DNA from: Verrucomicrobiaceae bacterium
GTDB lineage: Bacteria > Verrucomicrobiota > Verrucomicrobiia > Verrucomicrobiales > Akkermansiaceae
Assembly (NCBI GenBank): GCA_027491155.1
Contig: JAIXWR010000023.1
Location: 74,610 to 138,609, forward strand
Length of the DNA stretch: 64,000 nt
Reading direction: 5' to 3'
The translations under genes and the position numbers were made by a program. This document shows positions 40,954 to 48,711 of the stretch, piece after piece. Under the pieces are notes generated by a model. That model was not told the DNA's origin. It searched no databases and saw nothing but the letters and a program-made list of their open reading frames with translations. Numbering within the stretch: the first letter of the stretch is position 1; every line of letters begins with the position of its first letter.

Positions 40954-41724
40954 CTACGGTTTCGACAATTCCTTCAGGTAGGCGGGGAAGTCGGGGGCGG
41001 CGGGGGACTTCTTCTGCCGCTCTAACAGGCCGGTCCAGATGGCCTGGATGTCGGGGTGTTCTTTGCCGCCGAAGCCAAGGGCTTTCATGCGGTCGGGGAG
41101 CTGGGCGACTTTCTCCGGATCGGAGGTCGCGGCGACGAGGATGAGGGCCTCGCCTTCGCCTTGGACGGTGATCTCGCCGTCGCCGGGAGTGACTTCGGAT
41201 TCCATCGGATAGACCCAGCAGCGGGCTTGCGGCAGGACGAGGATGCGTCGGTCTTCGATGGCGGGCTTCGTTTCGCCATGGGTCAGTCGGACCCGGAAGC
41301 TGAGGAAGCCGGGCTTGTCGGTGCGGAGGTGGAGAACGAGCAGGTCGTCGGGGCGGGAGACGAAGGTGGTGGCGGTGAAGCCGGCGGTGTTGCGGTTGAA
41401 GGTCGTGGTGGCGATGCCGGTGGCGAGATCGAGATGTCGGCGGTAGTCGGTGACCGGTCCGGCGGAATCGAGCCATTCGAAGCGGAACTCGCCGAGAGGC
41501 TTGCCGGTAAAGTCCGCGCCGGGTTTTGCGGGATCGGTGGCGGCGGATTTCGGGGCTTCGAGGAGCGGCAGGAACTCGTTGCCGGTGCTGCCGGGAACGA
41601 GGGTGCCGAGCTTGCCGTTGGAGAGGGGGAAGGCGAGGTCCGGGTTGGCTGCGGGGGCGGGGAAGGCGAGTGGTTCCGCGCGGGCGAGGGCCAGCGTGAG
41701 GAGGAGGGCGGGGATCAGGCGCAT
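40954..41724 (-). CDS. Exported protein resembling only the N-terminal domain of GH95 alpha-L-fucosidases
   Basis: A signal peptide, then PLSNGKLGTLVPG, YRRHLDLATGIATTTF and TFVSRPDDLLVLHL, which resemble the Glyco_hyd_65N_2-type N-domain. At 256 aa it lacks the catalytic (alpha/alpha)6 part. Confidence 0.45.
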   Translation of the reverse strand: MRLIPALLLTLALARAEPLAFPAPAANPDLAFPLSNGKLGTLVPGSTGNEFLPLLEAPKSAATDPAKPGADFTGKPLGEFRFEWLDSAGPVTDYRRHLDLATGIATTTFNRNTAGFTATTFVSRPDDLLVLHLRTDKPGFLSFRVRLTHGETKPAIEDRRILVLPQARCWVYPMESEVTPGDGEITVQGEGEALILVAATSDPEKVAQLPDRMKALGFGGKEHPDIQAIWTGLLERQKKSPAAPDFPAYLKELSKP

Positions 41725-41824
41725 GGGAGGAATACCGCCCGCAGCGATCGATTCGATCCGTGCGACGTGGCAGGGATTGTGGAAGGGCCTCCGGGGTGAA
41801 GCGGGCTTCCTCGAGGCCTCGGTT

Positions 41825-41860
41825 TCAAAGTGCGGCGGTCATGGACACGCCGCTACATGG
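41825..41860. repeat. Intergenic repeat family A copy
   Basis: TCAAAGTGCGGCGGTCATGGACACGCCGCTACATGG, 6 nt downstream of the actP stop. Confidence 0.65.
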
Positions 41861-41865
41861 AAGGA

Positions 41866-43458
41866 TCAGTGGCCACTGCCGGCTTTTTCCGAGCCGAGGC
41901 CGGTCTGGGCGCGGAAGTTGAGCTCGGCGAACTTCGCTTCCGAATCCGGATCGTGCTTGGTCAGGATGGTGCCGAGCCAGGCGCCGAGGAAGCCGAGCGG
42001 GATGCTGACGATGCCGGGGTTCTCGAGCGGGAAGATCGCCCCATCCTTGCCGAAGATCCCGTTCGGGCTCAGCACGATCAGGATGACCGCGGAACCGAGG
42101 CCGGTGGCGAGGCCGGAGACCGCGCCGGCGGTGTTGAAGCGCTTCCAGAAGATCGAGAACAGGATGACCGGCAGGTTGGCCGAGGCGGCGACCGCGAAGG
42201 CGAGGCCGACGAGGAAGGCGGCGTTGGCGGTGGGGCCCATGTAGATCGCGATCGCGATGCTGACCGCGCCGACCACGAAGGCGGTGAGGCGGGCGACGCG
42301 GATTTCCTGGCCGGGGCGGTTCTCTTTCCCGTGGTGGACCACGTTCGAGTAGAAGTCGTGGGCGAAGGAGGTGCTGGCGCTCATCGTCAGGCCGGCGACC
42401 ACCGCGAGGATGGTGGCGAAGGCGACGGCGCTGATGAAGGCGAAGAAGAACTCGCCGCCGAGCGCCTTGGCGAGGATGGGGGCGACCATGTTGGTGTTCT
42501 CCTTGCCCTGCGGGGTGAGGATCGACTCGATGGGCAGGACGGTGGCCGCGCCGAAACCGAAGAAGGTGGTGAGGATGTAGAAAACGCCGATCACGCCGAT
42601 GGCCCAGGCGACCGAAACGCGCGCCGTCTTGGCATCGGGCACGGTGTAGAAGCGGACGAGGATGTGGGGCAGGCCGGCGGTGCCGAGGACCAGGCCGAGG
42701 GCGAGCGACACGAAGTCGAGCGGGCCCCAGGGATTGACCGCCTGGCCGAACTTCATCCCGGGATCGAGCAGGTTTTTCTCGGGCATGGTGCCGGCGTAGT
42801 CGGCATGGGCCACGGCGGTGAAGAACTTGGTCATGCTGTAGTCGTGCTTGCCGAGCACCAGCCAGCTCAGGGCGAAGGCACCGCCCATCAGCAGGACCGC
42901 CTTGATGATCTGGACCCAGGTGGTGGCGAGCATGCCGCCGAACACCACGTAAACGAGCATCAGCGCGCCGACGCCGATCACCGCGGGGGCGAACTCGACG
43001 TGGATCAGCTCCTTGATGATCCCGCCGGCGCCGACCATCTGGGCGATCATGTAGATGATGGAAACCATCAGCGTGCTGAGCGATGCCATGGCGCGGACCG
43101 GGCGCGGGCTCATGCGGTAGGCGAGCAGGTCGGCCATGGTGTATTTGCCGGCATTGCGCAGCGGCTCGGCGACCAGCAGGAGGACGGTGAGGTAGGCGAC
43201 GAGGAAGCCGACCGAGTACATGAATCCGTCGTAGCCCTTGAAGGCGATCATCCCGGAGATGCCCAGGAAGGAAGCGGCGGACATGTAGTCGCCGGCGACG
43301 GCCAGGCCGTTCTGCCAGCCCTTGATCGAGCGGCCGGCGGCGAAGTAGCTGGCGGAGCCGGTCGCCTTGCGGGCACTGAAGTAGGTGATGACCAGGGTGA
43401 GGGCTACGAAGGCCAGGAACATTCCCAGCGCCGGCGTGAATTGGATGGCGGACAGCAT
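41866..43458 (-). CDS. actP: Cation/acetate symporter, sodium:solute symporter family
   Basis: 530 aa and multi-TM, with an SSS family pattern. It is immediately preceded by a DUF485 gene, matching the yjcH-actP arrangement. Confidence 0.8.
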   Translation of the reverse strand: MLSAIQFTPALGMFLAFVALTLVITYFSARKATGSASYFAAGRSIKGWQNGLAVAGDYMSAASFLGISGMIAFKGYDGFMYSVGFLVAYLTVLLLVAEPLRNAGKYTMADLLAYRMSPRPVRAMASLSTLMVSIIYMIAQMVGAGGIIKELIHVEFAPAVIGVGALMLVYVVFGGMLATTWVQIIKAVLLMGGAFALSWLVLGKHDYSMTKFFTAVAHADYAGTMPEKNLLDPGMKFGQAVNPWGPLDFVSLALGLVLGTAGLPHILVRFYTVPDAKTARVSVAWAIGVIGVFYILTTFFGFGAATVLPIESILTPQGKENTNMVAPILAKALGGEFFFAFISAVAFATILAVVAGLTMSASTSFAHDFYSNVVHHGKENRPGQEIRVARLTAFVVGAVSIAIAIYMGPTANAAFLVGLAFAVAASANLPVILFSIFWKRFNTAGAVSGLATGLGSAVILIVLSPNGIFGKDGAIFPLENPGIVSIPLGFLGAWLGTILTKHDPDSEAKFAELNFRAQTGLGSEKAGSGH

Positions 43459-43462
43459 GGGA

Positions 43463-43783
43463 TCAGGAGTTCTTGGATTCGATCGAGGCGAGGAGGGCGT
43501 GTTCCATGGCGTCCCACTTCTTCGCGGTGCGCATGTAGAACCAGGCCAGGATGAAGGTCATCAGGAACTGCGAGAAGGCGAAGGCGTAAGCGCCGTTGAC
43601 CTTGCCGATGAAGGGTTTCTTCATGAGCTCCGGGAAGTAGCCGATCAGGACCGGAAGGGCCATGTAGTAGAGCAGGAAGAACACGGTGGCCGGCACGATG
43701 AAGCGGCGTTTGGCCGCCAGCAGTTCGTGGAAAGCCGGCAGTTTGGCGAGGGATTCCCAGTCGGGTGTTTTCGGGTTTGCCAT
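43463..43783 (-). CDS. DUF485 (YjcH-like) small membrane protein
   Basis: 106 aa with two TM helices. FHELLAAKRRFIVPATVFFLLYY is typical of the family. It is 4 nt upstream of actP. Confidence 0.8.
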   Translation of the reverse strand: MANPKTPDWESLAKLPAFHELLAAKRRFIVPATVFFLLYYMALPVLIGYFPELMKKPFIGKVNGAYAFAFSQFLMTFILAWFYMRTAKKWDAMEHALLASIESKNS

Positions 43784-43849
43784 GGGGTTCCCGGAGGCCT
43801 AGCAGCCGGGCGAGGGCGTGTCAAAGGAGCAAGCCGGCGATGTCACGGG

Positions 43850-43878
43850 GAAATTCCGTTGGGCAAGGGGCCGGAGCT
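43850..43878 (+). repeat. Direct repeat, left copy
   Basis: A 29/29 match to 44496-44524. The match extends to 33/34 if the four upstream nt are included. Confidence 0.9.
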
Positions 43879-43897
43879 CGCCGACGGGGCGTCCTGG

Positions 43898-44197
43898 TTA
43901 TGGCCGCTTGCGCTCGGTCCAGTAGCCGGGGCGGCGGCTGGGGTGCATGACGGCAAGGACCTCGATGACGTCGCACGGGCGGATTCGATAAACCAGCGAA
44001 TGCGGGAAAATCTCGAAGCGGCAGCGCCTCATTCCATCGTGGAACACGCGATTGCGAGCGGGAGAAGCCGCCATGCGTTCTTCCGCTTCCTTCCAATGAC
44101 GGAGAAAGCGGAGCTCAAGGCCCTCTGATTGAGCTTCATACCATTTGGCTGCCTCTATGCCCTCTTGAAACGCCTCATGATGGTAGATGATCTCCAC
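43898..44197 (-). CDS. Type II toxin, RelE/ParE family
   Basis: 99 aa from GTG: (V)EIIYHHEAFQEGIEAAKWY...FPHSLVYRIRPCDVIEVLAVMHPSRRPGYW. It starts 4 nt after the antitoxin stop. Confidence 0.75.
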   Translation of the reverse strand: MEIIYHHEAFQEGIEAAKWYEAQSEGLELRFLRHWKEAEERMAASPARNRVFHDGMRRCRFEIFPHSLVYRIRPCDVIEVLAVMHPSRRPGYWTERKRP

Positions 44198-44201
44198 AGA
44201 G

Positions 44202-44444
44202 TCAGAAGTTGGTTCCAAAGCGGCCGTTGATGTCGTCCCAAACCCCTTTGGCGGGCAGCGTTTTTGCCTTGCCTTCATCCATCTCGTTCGCCCGGCGACT
44301 CAGCTCGTCTTTCCACTCGGGAGCGGGCTCGAAGTCATCGTCATCCAAGCTCTCCAAAAGCCTGCTGGCGAGCTTGGAGCGTTCCTCGCGAGGGAGGTGG
44401 AGAACTTCACCTTCCAGATGAGCGTAATTCGGTGTCACGGCCAT
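44202..44444 (-). CDS. Antitoxin (putative addiction-module component)
   Basis: 80 aa. LHLPREERSKLASRLLESLDDD...WKDELSRR matches the small acidic addiction-module antidote pattern. It lies upstream of the toxin and is tightly coupled to it. Confidence 0.7.
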   Translation of the reverse strand: MAVTPNYAHLEGEVLHLPREERSKLASRLLESLDDDDFEPAPEWKDELSRRANEMDEGKAKTLPAKGVWDDINGRFGTNF

Positions 44445-44495
44445 GAGCGCACGCTAATTCAAGTGCGGTCGGCGAGCGAGAGCTTTTCCATCGGA

Positions 44496-44524
44496 GAAAT
44501 TCCGTTGGGCAAGGGGCCGGAGCT
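44496..44524 (+). repeat. Direct repeat, right copy
   Basis: Identical to 43850-43878. It ends 20 nt before the deacetylase ATG at 44545. Confidence 0.9.
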
Positions 44525-44544
44525 GTGGTTGCGTGGCGGGGCCG

Positions 44545-45459
44545 ATGCGTTGCTTCTATTCGCAGGATCTGGAACTCCAATTGCCGTCGGGACATCCGTT
44601 CCCGATGGAGAAGTTCCGCATTTCCAAGGACATGCTGCTGGAAGGCGGGGTCCTGCGGCCGGAGGAGATCGTCGAAGTGAAAATGGCGGAACCGCACCTG
44701 CTGAAGGCGGTGCACGAGACCGCCTACATCGACCGGATCTATTCCGGGCTGCTGGACCGGAAGGAGCAGATCCAGCTCGGCCTGCCGGCGACGCCGCGGC
44801 TTTACCACCGCAGCGCGACGGAGGTGGAAGCGACGCGCCAGACCTGCCACGCGGCGCTCGCTGAAGGCGTGGCGGTGTGCCTGGCCGGCGGGACCCACCA
44901 CGCGTTCCGCGGGCACGGCGAGGGCTACTGCGTGTTCAACGACATCGCCATCGCCATCCGCGACCTGCAGATGCGGCAGCCGGGGATCAAGGTGATGGTG
45001 GTAGACACCGACGCGCACCAGGGCAACGGCACGGCGGCGATCCTGGGCGACGATCCGCGGGTCTTCACCTACTCGATCCATGTCGGGAAGAACTACCCGA
45101 CGCGGAAGATCGCGGGCTCGATGGACGTCGAGACGGTCCGCTACGTCGAGGGCGAGATGTATCTCAAGCAGCTCTTCAGCACGCTGGCCGGGGCGCTGGA
45201 CTCCTTCGCGCCGGACCTGGTGATCTGGATTTCCGGGGCGGACAACCACCGCAACGACCGTTTCGGGCAGATGCACCTTTCCGTGAAGGACCTCCAGCGC
45301 CGGGACGAGGTGCTGCTGCGGGCCTTCATCCGCAACCGGGTGCCGGTGGCGGTGCTTTACGGCGGCGGCTACAACCGGCAGGCGGAGTTCACCGCGAAGC
45401 TCCACCGGAACACGGTGGCGACGGCGAAGAAGCTGGCCGCGGAATACCGGGGCTTGTAA
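44545..45459 (+). CDS. Histone deacetylase-family (Zn-dependent) deacetylase
   Basis: GGTHHAFRGHGEGYCVFNDIAIA and VDTDAHQGNGTA motifs. The start is taken at ATG 44545; GTG 44533 is possible. Confidence 0.85.
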   Translation: MRCFYSQDLELQLPSGHPFPMEKFRISKDMLLEGGVLRPEEIVEVKMAEPHLLKAVHETAYIDRIYSGLLDRKEQIQLGLPATPRLYHRSATEVEATRQTCHAALAEGVAVCLAGGTHHAFRGHGEGYCVFNDIAIAIRDLQMRQPGIKVMVVDTDAHQGNGTAAILGDDPRVFTYSIHVGKNYPTRKIAGSMDVETVRYVEGEMYLKQLFSTLAGALDSFAPDLVIWISGADNHRNDRFGQMHLSVKDLQRRDEVLLRAFIRNRVPVAVLYGGGYNRQAEFTAKLHRNTVATAKKLAAEYRGL

Positions 45460-45519
45460 GCGGCAACATTTTCCGTGCCTTGGCCGTCATCCGGGGTTCT
45501 CTTTGCCCGCGTCCCGCCG

Positions 45520-46443
45520 ATGAACGAAGAAGCCGCCACCGATGTCCCCGCCGCCGCGGCCCCCGAGCCGGATCCCGGCTTGCGGAAGGATCTGGTGGTG
45601 CTGACCAAGATGCGGCTCAACGTCTTCGTCCTGATCACCACCTTCTTCGGCTTCCTGCTGGCCTCGCGCGGCGGGAGCTTCGATCTCGCCAAACTGGTGC
45701 ACACGCTGATCGGCACGGCCGCGGCAGCCTTCGGGTCGGCGGCGTTCAACCAGCTGATGGAAGTCGACCTCGACGCCCGGATGAAGCGCACCGCCAACCG
45801 CCCGCTGCCGGCGCGGCGGATGGACCCGCTGTTCGCGTTCGGGGTGGGGTGGATCCTTTCCGCGGCGGGGATCATCCACCTCGCGGTGATGGTCGGGCTG
45901 TGGCCGGCGGTTCTAGCCGCGATCACCGTGGCCGTTTACGTGTTCATCTACACGCCGCTGAAGCGCGTTAGCAGCACCAACACTTTGGTCGGCGCGATTC
46001 CCGGGGCCATTCCGCCGATGATCGGCTGGACCGCGGCGGGCGGGGCCTTCGACGGCGGCGCGTGGTTCCTCTTCTCGCTGCTCGCGCTGTGGCAGCTGCC
46101 GCATTTCGTGGCGATCAACTGGCTGTGCCGCGAGGAGTATGAAAATGCCGGTTACAAGATGTGGTCGGACGGCGATGTCAGCGGGCGGCGCAGCGGCCTG
46201 CTGGCGGCGGTTTTCGCCCTCTTCCTGGCCGCGCTGCCGCTGTGGCCGTGGTTCGCGGGCTGGACGCCGGGCTGGCAGGGGCACGTCGCGCTTGCCGGCG
46301 GGATCCTCGCCGGGCTGGTGATGGCCGCGCTGGCCGGGCGCTTCATGCGCGACGGCGAGCGGACCTCGTTCCGGAAGCTTTTCCTGTTCACGCTGCTCTA
46401 TCTGCCGCTCGAACTCGGATTGCTTGCCTTCGCTTGGACCTAG
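45520..46443 (+). CDS. ctaB: Protoheme IX farnesyltransferase (heme O synthase)
   Basis: UbiA-family prenyltransferase with NQLMEVDLDARMKRTANRPLP and a second Asp-rich region, and multiple TM helices. SCO and DUF420 genes follow it. Confidence 0.85.
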   Translation: MNEEAATDVPAAAAPEPDPGLRKDLVVLTKMRLNVFVLITTFFGFLLASRGGSFDLAKLVHTLIGTAAAAFGSAAFNQLMEVDLDARMKRTANRPLPARRMDPLFAFGVGWILSAAGIIHLAVMVGLWPAVLAAITVAVYVFIYTPLKRVSSTNTLVGAIPGAIPPMIGWTAAGGAFDGGAWFLFSLLALWQLPHFVAINWLCREEYENAGYKMWSDGDVSGRRSGLLAAVFALFLAALPLWPWFAGWTPGWQGHVALAGGILAGLVMAALAGRFMRDGERTSFRKLFLFTLLYLPLELGLLAFAWT

Positions 46444-46461
46444 TCTAGCTTCCGCCGCCCG

Positions 46462-47229
46462 ATGAGGACGCCCGTTGAAAAGCTCGAACCCGCCGTGCGC
46501 GATCCGCGCAAGCTGCGCCGGACCGCCCTGTGGCTGGTGGCCATCATGATCGCCAGCGGCGTCGGGATTTTCGCCGCCTATCTGAAGTTCGCCGCCAAGC
46601 AGGCGGAGGATGACCGCCCGGGCTTCGTCGGCCGGATCGACAACAAGTCGGAATTCGGCGTGGTGCGGCAGGATGCGTCCGGGGCCAAGCTCAGCGACTT
46701 GTTCGGCAAGGTCTGGATCATCTGCGGGGTCTCGGTGCAGGAACCGGAGGGCTGGAAGACGACGCGCGAGGTGCTGCTGCGGCTCAACCAGCGCTACGCG
46801 GGCCGCGACGATTTCCGGATCGTCTGTTTCACGGTCGATCCGAACCAGGAAGGCCCCGAGGTGCTGGCGAAAGCGGCCGAAGAGATGGGCGTGGGCCTGC
46901 CGAACTGGTGGTTCGTCGGGGCCGGCGAGGAATACGTGCACAAGTTTCTCAAGAACAAGCTGAAGCTCGGCCTGCTGCCGCACCAGAAGGACGGCAAGTG
47001 GGTTTATGACGCCTCGTTGGTGGTGGTCGACCGCGACCGCCACATCCGCCAGGCGACGCTGAAGCAGGGCAAATACCGGCGGAACAAGGTGACCTTCGAT
47101 TTCGAGCAGGCCGCGAAGTGGGACGCCGAAGGGCGGACGCAGGGATTGACGAAATCGAATGTCGAGACCCTGGAGGAGCTGCTGGTGAAGACCCTCGACG
47201 AACTCATCGCCCAACCCGTGACCCCATGA
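46462..47229 (+). CDS. SCO1/SenC-like thioredoxin-fold protein with degenerate redox motif
   Basis: One N-terminal TM helix. It is a paralog of the next gene (FGKVWIICGV.. versus KGKVWLVAEF.., FRIVCFTVDP versus FHIVCISVDP). The position of the Cys pair reads CGVSVQEPEG. Confidence 0.6.
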   Translation: MRTPVEKLEPAVRDPRKLRRTALWLVAIMIASGVGIFAAYLKFAAKQAEDDRPGFVGRIDNKSEFGVVRQDASGAKLSDLFGKVWIICGVSVQEPEGWKTTREVLLRLNQRYAGRDDFRIVCFTVDPNQEGPEVLAKAAEEMGVGLPNWWFVGAGEEYVHKFLKNKLKLGLLPHQKDGKWVYDASLVVVDRDRHIRQATLKQGKYRRNKVTFDFEQAAKWDAEGRTQGLTKSNVETLEELLVKTLDELIAQPVTP

Positions 47230-47996
47230 ACGACCGGCGGAAAATCATCCTCATCTACGGCGTGGTGGCCGTGTTTTCGGTCGCCTTCCTGGCGCTGGCG
47301 ATCCATCTGAGCCGGCAGGTGCCGCAGCAGGAGGAGCCGGCGTTCAGCAATGTCGTGGCTCCGAAGGCGGACAAGTTTTTCCCGATCAAGAGCGACTTCG
47401 AGGGCGTGAACCAGGCCGGACAGGCGGTGAAACTGTCGGACCTCAAGGGCAAGGTCTGGCTGGTTGCCGAGTTCTTCGCGATCTGCCCGCACTGCGCGGT
47501 GCGGAACGGCGAGGAGATGAAATCGCTCTACGAGAAGTTCAAGGATCACCCGGACTTCCACATCGTGTGCATCTCGGTCGATCCGACCACCGACACGCCG
47601 GAGCGGCTGAAGGAGTATGCCGGGGCGCTTGGCGCGGACGCGGCCGACTGGTGGTTCATGAGTCATCCGAACGAGAAGGAGACGCACGAGTATCTGGAGA
47701 AGGTGCTCGGTTTCTTCGCCGTGCGCGAGCGGACCGACCCGGCGGATGTCGAATCGAACGGCCGCTTCGCCCATGACCTGGGGATCACCCTGGTGGACCG
47801 GGAGTGGAACGTGCTCGGTAAGTGGCCGCTGGCCGACGCCCGCAGCGAGGAAGGCCGCAAGCTCGACCCGGAGGCCTACGACCGCTTGAAGAACGAGCTC
47901 CACGGGCGGATCGAAGCCGAGCTGGAGAAGAACGAGACCGCGGGGATCGATGAGTTGATTCCCGAAGAGAAGCCCCCAAGTGAAGAGGCGAGATAA
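47226..47996 (+). CDS. SCO1/SenC-like thioredoxin-fold protein (CPHC motif)
   Basis: One N-terminal TM helix, VWLVAEFFAICPHCAVRN and HIVCISVDPTTDTPERLKEY. Its ATG overlaps the previous stop (ATGA). Confidence 0.7.
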   Translation: MNDRRKIILIYGVVAVFSVAFLALAIHLSRQVPQQEEPAFSNVVAPKADKFFPIKSDFEGVNQAGQAVKLSDLKGKVWLVAEFFAICPHCAVRNGEEMKSLYEKFKDHPDFHIVCISVDPTTDTPERLKEYAGALGADAADWWFMSHPNEKETHEYLEKVLGFFAVRERTDPADVESNGRFAHDLGITLVDREWNVLGKWPLADARSEEGRKLDPEAYDRLKNELHGRIEAELEKNETAGIDELIPEEKPPSEEAR

Positions 47997-48049
47997 GGAG
48001 TGTCGACCTTCGGTCGACGCCGTGTGGACCACAGGTCCACACTCCTTAT
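47993..48049. other. Compound palindrome: outer 11-bp stem enclosing two related hairpins
   Basis: The outer stem is ATAAGGAGTGT (47993-48003) with ACACTCCTTAT (48039-48049). Inside lie GTCGACC-TTC-GGTCGAC (48002-48018) and GTGTGGACC-ACA-GGTCCACAC (48022-48042). Confidence 0.6.
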
Positions 48050-48074
48050 CACGAGACAGACCCATCACAATACG

Positions 48075-48689
48075 ATGAATGACGAACGCAAGCAGTGGTT
48101 GTCCCGCAGCCCGGATGAAGTCCTTTCCAAGAAACTCGGCCGGATCTCGTGGATCCTGACCGCGGCGGTGCTGGTTCTGGTCGGCCTGATGCGCCGGCCC
48201 GAGCTGAGGATCCCGCTGCCGGAGGGCTGGTCCTTCGCCTTCCTGCCGCCGGTCCACGCGGTGATCAACACCCTGGTCACGATTGCGCTGGTGGTGGCGA
48301 TCGTCGCGGTGAAGCAGGGGAAGATCGGGCTGCATCGGAATGCGATCTTCGCGGCGATGGTGCTCTCGGTGGGCTTCCTGCTGTGCTACGTGGCCTACCA
48401 TTTCACGAACACCGAGGTGCTCTACGGCGACGCAAACCATGACGGACTCTTGGATGCCGCCGAGCGGGCGGCCGTCGGCGGGGCGCGGACGGCCTACCTC
48501 GTCCTCCTCATCAGCCACATCGTGCTGGCCGGGGTCAGCTTGCCGGCGATCCTGTTCACTTTCATCGCCGGGTGGACGAACCGCTTCGCCGCGCACCGCC
48601 GGCTGGCGAAGTGGGTCTTCCCGATGTGGCTCTACGTCGCGGTGACCGGTCCCATCTGTTACTTGATGCTCAGGCCGTATTACGCCTGA
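48075..48689 (+). CDS. DUF420 family membrane protein (cytochrome oxidase assembly-associated)
   Basis: 204 aa with four or five TM helices. HRNAIFAAMVLSVGFLLCYVAYH and HRRLAKWVFPMWLYV are typical of the family. Confidence 0.7.
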   Translation: MNDERKQWLSRSPDEVLSKKLGRISWILTAAVLVLVGLMRRPELRIPLPEGWSFAFLPPVHAVINTLVTIALVVAIVAVKQGKIGLHRNAIFAAMVLSVGFLLCYVAYHFTNTEVLYGDANHDGLLDAAERAAVGGARTAYLVLLISHIVLAGVSLPAILFTFIAGWTNRFAAHRRLAKWVFPMWLYVAVTGPICYLMLRPYYA

Positions 48690-48711
48690 CTGCGCCCGTC
48701 CCGCCTCTCCC

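Larger units (their letters stand above)
43850..44524. mobile_element. Toxin-antitoxin cassette bounded by 29-bp perfect direct repeats (putative insertion)
   Basis: GAAATTCCGTTGGGCAAGGGGCCGGAGCT occurs at 43850-43878 and 44496-44524. The interior holds only the TA pair and has lower GC (line 44101 is 53%). Confidence 0.45.

Noticed and set aside
40954-41724. GH95-like ORF as a simple frameshifted pseudogene
   Set aside because: The downstream DNA is occupied by an intact convergent ACT-domain gene, and no catalytic-domain remnant is visible by eye. I report it instead as a stand-alone domain protein with moderate confidence.
44461-44485. CAAGTGCGGTCGGCG near the right TA repeat as another family A copy
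   Set aside because: Only the left half matches weakly, and the GCCGCTACA half is missing.
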